The translations under genes and the position numbers were made by a program. Shown in pieces: positions 38,965 to 48,362 of a stretch of 64,000 nt of DNA. Source of the stretch: Candidatus Eiseniibacteriota bacterium (GTDB lineage Bacteria > Eisenbacteria > RBG-16-71-46); NCBI GenBank assembly GCA_963744995.1, contig CAVUWA010000002.1, positions 1,088,001-1,152,000 of the forward strand. The letters are read 5' to 3'. The notes below the pieces were generated by a model. It saw only the letters and a program-made list of their open reading frames with translations. It ran no database searches and had not been told where the DNA came from. How positions within the stretch are numbered: position 1 is the first letter of the stretch; the number at the start of each line of letters is the position of its first letter.

Positions 38965-39359
38965 ACCCCGAGGACGCGCCGGACGCCCTGCCCCGACCGC
39001 CCTACGAGCCGCTGCGCGACGGACTGCTCGGTTTCGCGGCGACCCTGCGCGGGGCCGGTGAGACCGAAGCGGCGGGGCGCCTCGAAGCCATGGTCGAGAA
39101 CTGGTGGGGCGAGCAGCAGGCCTGGAACGAAGCGTTCTCGAACCGGCTGCGTCTGTACCACGAAATCAACAACGCCCTGGTCGGCGTGCGCGGCAACGCG
39201 CAGCTGCTGCTGCTCGGTCCGACCGGCGAAGAACCCGAGGTGCGACAGCGCCTGGAGGTCATGATCCGTGAATCCACCCGCATCAAGGAAGCGGCCAGCC
39301 GGCTCCGCGAACTCCGCCAGGGGTTCCCGGGCGCGGGAAACGCATCCCGTGCCGCGTGA
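38961..39359 (+). CDS. Stand-alone HisKA/DHp domain protein
   Basis: LYHEINNALVGVRGNAQLL H-box with no HATPase domain; ATGA overlap with fliA. Confidence 0.75.
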   Translation: MNPEDAPDALPRPPYEPLRDGLLGFAATLRGAGETEAAGRLEAMVENWWGEQQAWNEAFSNRLRLYHEINNALVGVRGNAQLLLLGPTGEEPEVRQRLEVMIRESTRIKEAASRLRELRQGFPGAGNASRAA

Positions 39360-40302
39360 GCGCCGCGGCGATGCGGCGGCCGCGAAGGACGAGCGCGGCG
39401 CCGCCGCGTCCCCCGGCCTCGAGCGGCGCCGTGCGTCGCGCGCCCTGTGGTCCGCATGCGAGGCGGTGCTCTCGGCTTCGGTCGATCCGCGCGCGCTGAA
39501 CCGCGCGCTGGACGGGCTGCAACGGGCGTTCGACTGCGAGGGCGTGGCGCTTCATGCGCTCGGCCCGTCGGGCGGGATCGAACCCTGGTGCGCGCGCGGC
39601 GCGTGGCAGACCTCGCCGGGCGACCTGCGCGCGTGCGTGAGCGTGCCGCTCTACCGCGGCGTCGAACAGGTCGGCTCGCTGGACCTGCTCGGCCGCGCCG
39701 GCCAGCGCTGGTCGGCCGCGCAGCTCGGCCTGGTGCGCACCGCTTCGGGCGCGCTCGGCAGCGCGCTCGGCGCCTGTTTCGAGCTGCGCCGCCTGCGCGA
39801 GCAGCCCGGGCGCGATCCGGTCACGGGGCTTCCCGACGCACGCGCGTTCGGCGCGCGACTCATCGAAGAACTGGCGCGGGCGCGCCGTCACGGTCTGCCG
39901 CTCGCGCTGATCACCTTCGACATCGACCACTTCGGTGCGCTCAACGAGCGTTACGGCCGCAAGGTCGGCGACGCATTGCTCGCCGAAGCGGCGCTCGTGC
40001 TCAAACTCACCCTGCGCGAGTCCGACGTGCTGGCGCGGCTCGGCGGCGACGCCTTTGCGGCCCTGCTGCCGGAGGCCGACGTCACGCCGGCGCGGCGCGC
40101 CGCGGAGCGCGTGCGCAAGGCGCTCGAAGAGCACCACTTCCCGCGCGTGAGCCGCATCAGCGCCTCGGCCGGGATCGCCACGAGCCCGCGCGACGGAATC
40201 GAGGCCGTGGAGCTGATGAACGCCATGGACCGGGCGCTCTCGATCGCGAAGAAGTCCGGCCGCCGCCGGATCGCGACGCTCGAAAGCGGTCACACCCACT
40301 GA
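39349..40302 (+). CDS. GAF-like + GGDEF-domain protein with GGDAF active site
   Basis: DPVTGLP, DIDHF, RESDVLARLGGDAF, SASAGIA; start uncertain. Confidence 0.85.
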   Translation: MPRERRGDAAAAKDERGAAASPGLERRRASRALWSACEAVLSASVDPRALNRALDGLQRAFDCEGVALHALGPSGGIEPWCARGAWQTSPGDLRACVSVPLYRGVEQVGSLDLLGRAGQRWSAAQLGLVRTASGALGSALGACFELRRLREQPGRDPVTGLPDARAFGARLIEELARARRHGLPLALITFDIDHFGALNERYGRKVGDALLAEAALVLKLTLRESDVLARLGGDAFAALLPEADVTPARRAAERVRKALEEHHFPRVSRISASAGIATSPRDGIEAVELMNAMDRALSIAKKSGRRRIATLESGHTH

Positions 40303-42062
40303 TGCCGATGAATCCGCGCGACGACGATCGGGCCGAACACGGCCTGCAGGGCCTGGACGACGCGCCCGCCCGGGTGCTGGTCGTGGACGACGAGGCGTCG
40401 GTCGTCGACCTGTTCCGCGACTTCTTCGCCTCGCAGGACTACGAACTCTCCGTGGCGATGAGCGGGGAGGAGGCGGTGCGCATGCTCACGGCGGCGCGCC
40501 CCGAGGTCGTGCTCACCGACATCAACCTGCCCGGCATGTCGGGTCTCGAAGTCATGCGCGAGGCGCGGCGTGTGGATCCCGACGCCTCGGTGATCGTGGT
40601 GACCGGTCACGCCTCGGCCTCGAGCGCGATCGACGCGCTGCGCCAGGGCGCGTACGACTACATCACCAAGCCGTTCGACCTGGACGAGGTGCACCAGCTG
40701 GTCGAGCGCGCGATTGCGAACCGGCGCCTCAAGGTGATGAACCAGCAGCTCGTCGCCGAGCTGCGTGAGAAGAACGAGATCCTGCGCCTGCACGAGCAGG
40801 AGCTGCGCGAGCGGGTGCGGATCGCGACCTGGCAGATGACGCGCCTCTACGAGGTAGGCAAGGAGATCAGCGCGAATCTGGAGCTGGTGCCGCGCCTCGC
40901 GGTCATCGGCGCGAAGTCCGCGGAGCTGTCGGGGGCCGCGGCGGCGGTGATGTACCTGAAGCACGAGGAGACCGGTGAGTTCCGCGCGGCATCCGCCGCG
41001 GGCATCGAGCTGCGCCCCGACGCGAACAACCGCCCGCACGTGATCCCCGAGGACCACCCGCTGCGGCGGACGATCGAGCAGCAGGAGCCGATGCGGCTCG
41101 CCCTGGACGGCGCTTCCGGCGTGCCGCTCCCGGGCATCACGACCGGCGACCCGCTCAACGTTCTCGCGCTGCCGATGATCGCCGAGGGCAATGTCATGGG
41201 CGTGCTGGCGCTGCTCGGCAAGCCCGGCGGGTTCACCGACGACGACGAGAACTTCCTCGCTCTGTTCGCCTCGCAGTCGGCGATCGCGGTGCGCAACTCG
41301 CAGCTGTTCGACCACACCAAGAGCCTCGACCGGCTGAAGTCCGAATTCGTGGCGGTCGTCTCGCACGAGATCCGCACGCCGCTGACCTCGGTGAAGGGCG
41401 CCGTCGAGCTGCTGTCGGATGACCGCTACTTCCAGAACAACGAGCAGCAGACCAAGCTGCTGACGATCGCGCATGCGAACGCGGAGCGCCTGCTCGTGCT
41501 CATCAACGACATTCTCGACTTTTCGAAGCTGGAGGCGGCATCGCTGCCGATGAGCATGGAGCGCCAGCGCCTCGAGCCGGTCGTGCAGCAGGCGGCGCAT
41601 CGCATGTCCACGCAGCTCGAGGAGCGCCGCATCGAGATCGACACCGCGCTCGCCGCCGAGCTGCCCGACCTGATGATCGACTCGGGACGCATCGCTCAGG
41701 TGCTCACCAACCTGCTCTCGAACGCGGTGAAGTTCTCGCCGGTCGGCGGCCGTATCGAGATCAGCGCCCGGCCGTGCGAAGAGGGTGTGCGCGTCGGCGT
41801 TCGCGACATGGGAGAGGGCATCGCCGAGGAGGACCTCCCGCGGCTGTTCCAGAAGTTCACGCAGATCGACTCGTCGGCCACCCGCAAGGCGGGCGGTACG
41901 GGCCTCGGGCTCGTGATCTGCAAGGGCATCGTCGAACAGCACGGCGGTCGGATCTGGGTCGAGAGCATGCTCGACGTCGGCAGCACGTTCTACTTCACGC
42001 TGCCGGTGGCGGATCGCCTCATCGCCGAGACCGCAGACGCGGGGCGCGCTTCGCAGGCTTGA
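40302..42062 (+). CDS. Hybrid kinase REC-GAF-HisKA-HATPase
   Basis: VLVVDDE...TDINLPG...KPF; GAF; SHEIRTPLT, NAVKF, GGTGLGL. Confidence 0.93.
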   Translation: MPMNPRDDDRAEHGLQGLDDAPARVLVVDDEASVVDLFRDFFASQDYELSVAMSGEEAVRMLTAARPEVVLTDINLPGMSGLEVMREARRVDPDASVIVVTGHASASSAIDALRQGAYDYITKPFDLDEVHQLVERAIANRRLKVMNQQLVAELREKNEILRLHEQELRERVRIATWQMTRLYEVGKEISANLELVPRLAVIGAKSAELSGAAAAVMYLKHEETGEFRAASAAGIELRPDANNRPHVIPEDHPLRRTIEQQEPMRLALDGASGVPLPGITTGDPLNVLALPMIAEGNVMGVLALLGKPGGFTDDDENFLALFASQSAIAVRNSQLFDHTKSLDRLKSEFVAVVSHEIRTPLTSVKGAVELLSDDRYFQNNEQQTKLLTIAHANAERLLVLINDILDFSKLEAASLPMSMERQRLEPVVQQAAHRMSTQLEERRIEIDTALAAELPDLMIDSGRIAQVLTNLLSNAVKFSPVGGRIEISARPCEEGVRVGVRDMGEGIAEEDLPRLFQKFTQIDSSATRKAGGTGLGLVICKGIVEQHGGRIWVESMLDVGSTFYFTLPVADRLIAETADAGRASQA

Positions 42063-42147
42063 CCCCGGGCGCTCGGCCCCGATACCTTGCGCGAGCCGGT
42101 TCAGGACGAACCGCCGACTCTCTCTCTCTCGCAGGGACACGGGCGCC

Positions 42148-43260
42148 ATGGACGACCGCCGCAACTCCTCCGCACTCTCCTACACGCGCATGGTCGTGCT
42201 CGCGCTGGTGGCGCTGGGCGCTTCGTACGGCGGTGCATTCCTGACGGCGCAGTGGATCGCGCGCCTCGCCGAGGCGGGGCGGCTGCCCGCGGCGCTCGCG
42301 CCCCTGTTCGACCCGAATCGCGCCCCTACGCCGGCCTGGCCGCTGGCGACGGCGGCGGGAGGGATCGCGATCGGACTGCTCGCGGTGGGACTCGCCGCCC
42401 GCGTGCCGGGCCGCCGCGCACGCCGGGGCGCGGCCGCGGCCGGGCTCCAGCCGCCGGCGATCGACACCGCGCTCGATCCGGAATCGAGCCTCGCCTGGCT
42501 GCACGTCGTGAGCGGTCCGAGCGCACGCCGGGTCGGCCACGCCGCCGCCGAGCTCGCCGCGCGCTGGATCGCACGCGGCGAGCGCGTGCTGCTGATCGAT
42601 GCCGGGCCGCGGCTGCGTCTGCACGTGCCGCTCGTCGCCGAGCCGTCGCTGGGCGTCGCCGAGTGTCTGCAGAACGGCATGCCGCTGCTCGGCGTGGTGC
42701 AGTGCGTCGGCGTTCCGGGCCTCTACCTGCTGGCCCACGGCGGCCCCGTGCCGCCCCGCGTCTGGGCCGGACTTGGCCGCCTGGCGGATCAGGCGCGACC
42801 GCACTTTGACCGGGTGCTGCTCGCCGTGGATCTCGGCGCGCCGTACGACGTCGGCCGCGCACTGGCCGGACGCTACATCGAAGCGTGGTGGCCCGACGCC
42901 GGACCCGAGCGCCGGGCGGGCGCGCAATCGCTCGCAGAGCGAATCGGTATCCGATTCCGCGGCATGGACTTAGGGGTTGACTCCAAACCGATGCTCGAAC
43001 TGCTGCGCGAGCGCATCGAAGCCCTGCACGTGACCGGCACGCCCCGGCCGGAGCAGCTGCCGGTGGGCGAAGCGCGGCCGGCGCCGGCCGCGCCCGCACC
43101 GATCCGGGTGGCGCCGCTGGTGCTGGACTGCGACTTGCAAGTCCGGGAGCGGCTCCGCTTCCTCATGTGGATGCGACGTCTGCAGGGGGAACAGCGGAGC
43201 GGCACGGCCGGCGCGCCCACGCGCACGAGCGCCGTGCCTCAGACCGTCATCAGCGGCTGA
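42148..43260 (+). CDS. Membrane protein with degenerate MinD/BY-kinase-like domain
   Basis: Two TMs, then AAELAARWIARGERVLLIDAG...GLYLLAHG, but no GK[ST] Walker A. Confidence 0.6.
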   Translation: MDDRRNSSALSYTRMVVLALVALGASYGGAFLTAQWIARLAEAGRLPAALAPLFDPNRAPTPAWPLATAAGGIAIGLLAVGLAARVPGRRARRGAAAAGLQPPAIDTALDPESSLAWLHVVSGPSARRVGHAAAELAARWIARGERVLLIDAGPRLRLHVPLVAEPSLGVAECLQNGMPLLGVVQCVGVPGLYLLAHGGPVPPRVWAGLGRLADQARPHFDRVLLAVDLGAPYDVGRALAGRYIEAWWPDAGPERRAGAQSLAERIGIRFRGMDLGVDSKPMLELLRERIEALHVTGTPRPEQLPVGEARPAPAAPAPIRVAPLVLDCDLQVRERLRFLMWMRRLQGEQRSGTAGAPTRTSAVPQTVISG

Positions 43261-43381
43261 GCCGGCGCGCACCGCGCCCCGGGACCGCGATGGCCGGCCC
43301 CGCGGAGCGTCGTCGACGCGCGACACCCGCCGGCCCGCCTCCGCGCCGGGCCGCACCGCGTCCTCGCCGCGGCGAGGTGGA

Positions 43382-44467
43382 GTGAGAGCCAGGCGCGTTC
43401 ACCTGATCGAAGCCGTCGATGCCGCCGGCGCGCACGCCCGCGACGCGCGCGCACGGGTGAAGGCGCTCGTCGCCGCGGGCTGCGAAACGTGCTGCGCCGC
43501 CGTCGAGCCGCTGCGTGACGGCGCGCTGCATCTGCCGGCCGCCGCCGCCGGCGACACCCTGCAGGTGCGCGCCGACCTGCACGGCCGGCACCTCCTCAGG
43601 CGCTGGCTCTGCGAACGCCCCGCGGACCTGGTGCTGGTCGCCGCGGCCGTCGCCGGCGGCGGCGAGGCCGGCCGCTGGCTCGATCGCGTACCCGGCGTGA
43701 CCGCGCGCTGGTGGCCGACCGGCGTGGATGGCTCCGGGGCGGCGCCGAACGGCGCTGCCCGCGCGGCGAGCATGGGCTCGATGCGGCGCCCGGGTGCGCT
43801 GCCGCCGCTGGCGATCGAACCTGCCGTCGCACCCCCCGCGGGGATCGCTTCCGAATCCGGCGCGGGACTCGACGCGAGCGTGCTCGCCGACGCGCGGCCC
43901 ACGCGCGGGCAGCTGCCGCTCTGGGACGGCGACTACGTGCTGGTCCCGGCGGCATTGGCCGGCGCCGCGGGGCGCGCCGTGATCGACGCGTTCGCGACGA
44001 TCTGCGCCGGGCACGACGGGCTCGATCTGGTCGTGCTCGCCGATCCGCAGCCGGCCTTCGAGCGCATGGCGCGCGCGCGCGGGATCGGCTTTCGGGTTCA
44101 TTTTGCCGGCGAGGCGCCGCGCGACGCCGAGCTCGCATGGCTGAGTGCGGCCGCGGCGACGGTGATCGGCGGCGACGCGCCGCTCTCGGCGGGGCTGATC
44201 CTGCGCGCGCTCGCGCGCGGCTGTCCGGTGCTGGCCGCCGGCGACGCGCCGCCGGCCATGCCGCTCGAAGCGTGGCTCGCCGCGCGCGGGCTCGCCGTCG
44301 GCCCGGCGGAATCTGCGCTGGCGTCGCGCCTCGAGCGCGCCGTCGCGCGCGACCCGGCGTGGCGGGTGCGCGCTCGCGCCGCGGTCGCAGATCACGATGC
44401 GGCAGCCGTCGGCGGGCGCCTCGCCACCGCGCTCGACGCGGCGCTCGACGGGCGCCGCGCGGCGTGA
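43382..44467 (+). CDS. Divergent GT-B (GT4-like) glycosyltransferase
   Basis: RVHFAG...LILRALARGCPVLA resembles the GT4 C-terminal domain; GGAG SD. Confidence 0.55.
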   Translation: MRARRVHLIEAVDAAGAHARDARARVKALVAAGCETCCAAVEPLRDGALHLPAAAAGDTLQVRADLHGRHLLRRWLCERPADLVLVAAAVAGGGEAGRWLDRVPGVTARWWPTGVDGSGAAPNGAARAASMGSMRRPGALPPLAIEPAVAPPAGIASESGAGLDASVLADARPTRGQLPLWDGDYVLVPAALAGAAGRAVIDAFATICAGHDGLDLVVLADPQPAFERMARARGIGFRVHFAGEAPRDAELAWLSAAAATVIGGDAPLSAGLILRALARGCPVLAAGDAPPAMPLEAWLAARGLAVGPAESALASRLERAVARDPAWRVRARAAVADHDAAAVGGRLATALDAALDGRRAA

Positions 44468-44559
44468 ACGCGCCCGGGGCAGGCGTGTTGCGGGTCGCCG
44501 CGCGCAACCGCTAACGTCGGGCGGCTCCAACCCACCACGGCACTGCGAGGGAGGTCGAC

Positions 44560-45486
44560 GTGCGGATTCTGGTCACCGGCGGCGCGGGATTCATCGGCTC
44601 GAACGTCGCGGATCGATTCGTCGAGCTGGGCCACGAGGTGGCGATCCTCGACGACTTTTCGACCGGCCAGCGCGCTTTCGTGAATCCGCGCGCGACGCTG
44701 TTCGAGGCCGATGTGGCCGACGCCGCCGCGCTCGATCGCTGCATGACGTCCTTCCGTCCGGAGATCGTGGACCACCACGCGGCGCAGATCGACGTGCGCC
44801 ACTCGGTCGCCGACCCGGTGCACGACGCGATGATCAACATCATCGGCGGCCTGCGGCTGCTCGAGGCCTGCACGCGGCACGGGGTGCGCAAGTTCGTCTA
44901 TGCCTCCACCGGCGGCGCACTCTACGGCGAGGGCCGCGAGCTCCCGGCCACGGAAGCGCATCCGGTGAATCCGGAGGCGCCCTACGGCGTGAGCAAGCAC
45001 ACGCTCGAGCACTACCTCTACCTGTGGAAGCTGCTGCACGGCCTCGATTACACGGTGCTGCGCTACCCGAACGTGTTCGGCCCGCGCCAGAATCCGCACG
45101 GCGAAGCCGGCGTGAACGCGATCTTCATCGGCCTCATGCTGCACGGGAAGGCGCCGCGCATCTTCGGCACCGGCGAACAGGTGCGCGACTACCTTTATGT
45201 AGGCGACGTGGTCCGGGCCAACGTGCTTGCGCTCGAGAAGGGCTCGGGCGAGATGGTGAACCTGGGCACCGGCGTCGGCACCTCGGTGAACGACATCGTG
45301 CGCGAGCTGAAGCCGCTCACCGGCTTCGACGGCGAGGCGATCCACGAGGCGGCGCGCCCCGGGGAGGTCCAGCGGATCTACCTCGATGCGACGCGCGCGA
45401 AGTCGGTGCTCGGCTGGTCGCCGCGCACGTCGTTCCGCGCGGGGCTCGAGCAGACCGTCGCGTGGTCGCGCGAGGCCGGGATCTAG
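44560..45486 (+). CDS. NAD-dependent epimerase/dehydratase (GalE-like)
   Basis: GGAGFIGS, YGVSK, RYPNVFGPRQ. Confidence 0.95.
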   Translation: MRILVTGGAGFIGSNVADRFVELGHEVAILDDFSTGQRAFVNPRATLFEADVADAAALDRCMTSFRPEIVDHHAAQIDVRHSVADPVHDAMINIIGGLRLLEACTRHGVRKFVYASTGGALYGEGRELPATEAHPVNPEAPYGVSKHTLEHYLYLWKLLHGLDYTVLRYPNVFGPRQNPHGEAGVNAIFIGLMLHGKAPRIFGTGEQVRDYLYVGDVVRANVLALEKGSGEMVNLGTGVGTSVNDIVRELKPLTGFDGEAIHEAARPGEVQRIYLDATRAKSVLGWSPRTSFRAGLEQTVAWSREAGI

Positions 45487-45537
45487 GCGGAACACGCGCG
45501 GCCGGCATGCCGGCCGGCCCGCCCGCATGGTCGCGCC

Positions 45538-47118
45538 TCAGCGCGTGAGCCGCAGGGTCACCGCGCCGAGCGCGCCGTCGCGCCGCTTCCCGGGCACGTG
45601 GTCGGCGTCCTCGATCCAGCGGTAGCCCGCCGAGACGGCGACGTCCACGCCGCCCGCCGGCCACCAGCGCAGCCCGCCCGCGACCTCGCGCGTGCGTTCG
45701 ACCGTGCCTTCGAACGTGGCCGGGTCGGGTCTGGGGCTCCCGGGCACGAACGGCTCGCCGAGCCGGTTCTCGCCGCGGTCGGTGAGCATCGCATGGCCGA
45801 ACAGCTGCCAGTCCACCGACGGATCCCAGCTGCCCCGGACGCGAAGCCGGCGCGCGTCGGGACCGGTGGGGTAACCGATCGGCATGCCCTGTGCGGAGTA
45901 CTCCCGGTCGAAGAACGAGGTGTAGACGTATCGCCAGATGCGCGTGTATTCGCCGCCCCAGGTCAGGCGCTGCCCGGCGATCGCACCGGCGCCCTCCCAG
46001 CCGAGCTGCCAGGCGAGCTTGTTCGGGTTGTCATCGGTGCGCGCGTGCAGGTCGTCGATCAGGAACTCGCCATACACCTTCGTACCGGGCGCCACGCGCC
46101 AGGCGGCGTCGAAGCCGAGCAGGACGTTGTTGCGCAGCACGGCGGAGCTGTCGGGGGCGTCCTGCACGAGGAAGCGCTGCACGAGCACGTAGGGGATCGC
46201 GCCCACCAGATAGAGCGGCTGCCAGACCTCGGACTTGTAGCGCGCGGCCTCGGTGACGCCGATCCGCAGCGCGTTCACCGGCTGCCACTCGAGGCGGTGC
46301 GCCGCGAGCTGTTCGCCGCGGGACTGATCGAGCGTTGCACTCAGGGCGATCACGTCCACGTGGATCGCGACGAAGTGCGCCGCGAGCGAAAGGCCGGTGA
46401 GGGCGGGCGAGGTGCCCGAGAGCACCAGGGTTCCCGCCTCGCCGGGCCCCCACTGCCAGCGCGAGCGGCCGAAGCGGGCGCTCCATGCGCCGTCTTCCGC
46501 CGTGTAGGCGAGGTAGGTGTCCTCCGTGTGCACGATGATGTCGTTGCCCGGTGCGATCGGGTCGGCAAAGCGCCGCGCGCCGTCCACCTGGCCGGCGAAC
46601 AGGTGCGAGTACACCAGCCAGCGGTCGAGCGCGATCGCGCTCACCAGGTGGACGCCCGAACCGGAGACGAAGCGCCGCCGCTCGTCGAACGATTCGCCCG
46701 CGCCTTCGACCCCGGCCGAGAATTCCATGCGCTCTCCGGTGGGGGACTGGTAGGCGAACAGGCGCGGGGTCGGCGGATGCGCGCCGTCGGGCACGCGGCC
46801 CGGCACCGGATCGCGCCCGAGCACGCGCTCGAGGCGCGCCGCCGCGATGCGGGTGACCGGATTCGCCGGGGCGAGCGGCCCGCCGGGGCCCTCGAGCTCG
46901 AAGCGCTGCAGCGGCAGCGTGCCGAGGTGCGGCAGGCGGAAGCGCCCATCGAGCGTGGCCGCGGGATAGAGATCCAGCACGCGCACCTCCGCGAGGATCG
47001 GGTCCCGCACCGGCAGCGCTTCTTCCGGCGTGGCGTGCGCCGCGGCCGGGAGCAGGGGCGCGGCGCACAGCGCCGCGAAGATCGGCGCGAGCGCGCGGAC
47101 GGGATCGGAGCGTGACAT
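45538..47118 (-). CDS. Outer-membrane beta-barrel, capsule assembly Wzi-like
   Basis: Signal peptide; FGRSRWQWGPG...LVLS, AHRLEW, YGEFLIDD, IGYPTGPD. Confidence 0.75.
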   Translation of the reverse strand: MSRSDPVRALAPIFAALCAAPLLPAAAHATPEEALPVRDPILAEVRVLDLYPAATLDGRFRLPHLGTLPLQRFELEGPGGPLAPANPVTRIAAARLERVLGRDPVPGRVPDGAHPPTPRLFAYQSPTGERMEFSAGVEGAGESFDERRRFVSGSGVHLVSAIALDRWLVYSHLFAGQVDGARRFADPIAPGNDIIVHTEDTYLAYTAEDGAWSARFGRSRWQWGPGEAGTLVLSGTSPALTGLSLAAHFVAIHVDVIALSATLDQSRGEQLAAHRLEWQPVNALRIGVTEAARYKSEVWQPLYLVGAIPYVLVQRFLVQDAPDSSAVLRNNVLLGFDAAWRVAPGTKVYGEFLIDDLHARTDDNPNKLAWQLGWEGAGAIAGQRLTWGGEYTRIWRYVYTSFFDREYSAQGMPIGYPTGPDARRLRVRGSWDPSVDWQLFGHAMLTDRGENRLGEPFVPGSPRPDPATFEGTVERTREVAGGLRWWPAGGVDVAVSAGYRWIEDADHVPGKRRDGALGAVTLRLTR

Positions 47119-47310
47119 GGGGCGGCACTCTAGCACGCGGCGACGGCATGCGGGACGCGCGGCGCCGCCGGGAATTTTGCGGCGGCATGACGCGGCCGGC
47201 GCCGCGCGGGTGGACCCCACCGGGCGCGTCCGCTACCATCCGTGACCGCTCCCCATGAGTGGACCCATTCCGTGCCGGCGGCCCCGCCGTCAGGCCGAGG
47301 AGCCTCAACG

Positions 47311-48039
47311 ATGAAGCGACTGTGGACCGTGTGCCTGGTGCTGATGCTCGCCGTGCCTGCTTTCGCGCGGGCGGAGGAGGGCGCGAAGACCGCGGCAGGG
47401 GCGAAGCCGACGAAGGCGATGCCCGCAAAGACCCAGATGGTCAAGGACAAGGCGATGGAAGCGATCGAAGCGCAGACCTCCAAGGTGGACACGTCGAAGC
47501 CCAACTGGCGGCTCAGCCTGCCGAAGCCCACGCAGGTCGAGTTCGACCCGGCGCACGACTACTTCGTGCGCATGCAGACCAACAAGGGCGACGTGCTGAT
47601 CCGGTTCATGCCGGACGTCGCGCCGATGCACGTGACCAACTTCATGTACCTGACGAAGCTCGGCTACTACGACGGGCTGAGCTTCCACCGCGTGATCACC
47701 AACTTCATGGCGCAGGGCGGCGATCCGATCGGCAACGGCACCGGTGGGCCCGGCTACCAGTTCGACGGCGAGTTCTCGCCGAAGGCCAAGCACGACAAGC
47801 CCGGCATCCTGTCCATGGCGAACGCCGGCCCGGGCACCGACGGCAGCCAGTTCTTCCTGACCTTCAAGGCGACGCCGTGGCTCGACGGCAAGCACTCCGT
47901 GTTCGGCGAGGTCGTCCAGGGCCTGGACACGCTGAAGAAGCTCGAGGCGGCCGGTTCGCAGAGCGGCCGCACCAGCGAGCCGCTCAAGATCGTGAAGGCG
48001 ACGGTCGAAGTGAAGGCGAAGGCGGCGAAGAAGGGCTGA
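47311..48039 (+). CDS. Exported cyclophilin-type peptidyl-prolyl isomerase
   Basis: Signal peptide; FHRVITNFMAQGGDP, SMANAGPGTDGSQFF, WLDGKHSVFG. Confidence 0.95.
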   Translation: MKRLWTVCLVLMLAVPAFARAEEGAKTAAGAKPTKAMPAKTQMVKDKAMEAIEAQTSKVDTSKPNWRLSLPKPTQVEFDPAHDYFVRMQTNKGDVLIRFMPDVAPMHVTNFMYLTKLGYYDGLSFHRVITNFMAQGGDPIGNGTGGPGYQFDGEFSPKAKHDKPGILSMANAGPGTDGSQFFLTFKATPWLDGKHSVFGEVVQGLDTLKKLEAAGSQSGRTSEPLKIVKATVEVKAKAAKKG

Positions 48040-48066
48040 AGCGTCCCCGCCACCCGCTGACGCGCA

Positions 48067-48092
48067 ACGCCCCGCGGGAGACCGCGGGGCGT
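48067..48092 (+). terminator. GC-rich hairpin with GAGA tetraloop after the cyclophilin gene
   Basis: ACGCCCCGCGG-GAGA-CCGCGGGGCGT; no U tract. Confidence 0.35.
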
Positions 48093-48251
48093 CCGCGCGC
48101 GTCGGTGCCGGCGTGGCACCGCCGCGGGCTCCCGGTCCGCAGCGCGGCGTGACGAAATCACCCCTCCGTTCGTGATGAAGCCGGATGTCTCCCATCCGGT
48201 GTCCGTGATCCCGGTTTCATGCGGGCCTCCGGGCTCCGGGCGCACCGCCGT

Positions 48252-48281
48252 TTGAGACGCTTTCCGGCGATGTGCTAGCTT
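48252..48281 (+). promoter_or_regulatory. Putative sigma70 promoter of valS
   Basis: TTGAGA-N18-TAGCTT with TGn extension. Confidence 0.45.
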
Positions 48282-48362
48282 CCCTCGCTCCATTCGCCCG
48301 GGCCGTCCGGGCGGGCCGCCCGACCGCGGTGCCACGCGCGCCGCCACGCGAGGAGACGTCCG

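Noticed and set aside
42059..42088. CCCGATAC as a fifth sigma28 box
   Set aside because: No TYAAG at 15 nt; better read as sigma70-like TTGACC-N18-TACCTT
42117..42130. (CT)n tract as a phase-variation site
   Set aside because: Short, in an untranslated region, and there is no evidence of length variation
48113..48130. TGGCAC upstream of valS as a sigma54 promoter
   Set aside because: No TGC -12 element at the required spacing
48040..48362. T-box riboswitch before valS
   Set aside because: No T-box consensus or terminator seen, and the putative promoter leaves only a short leader
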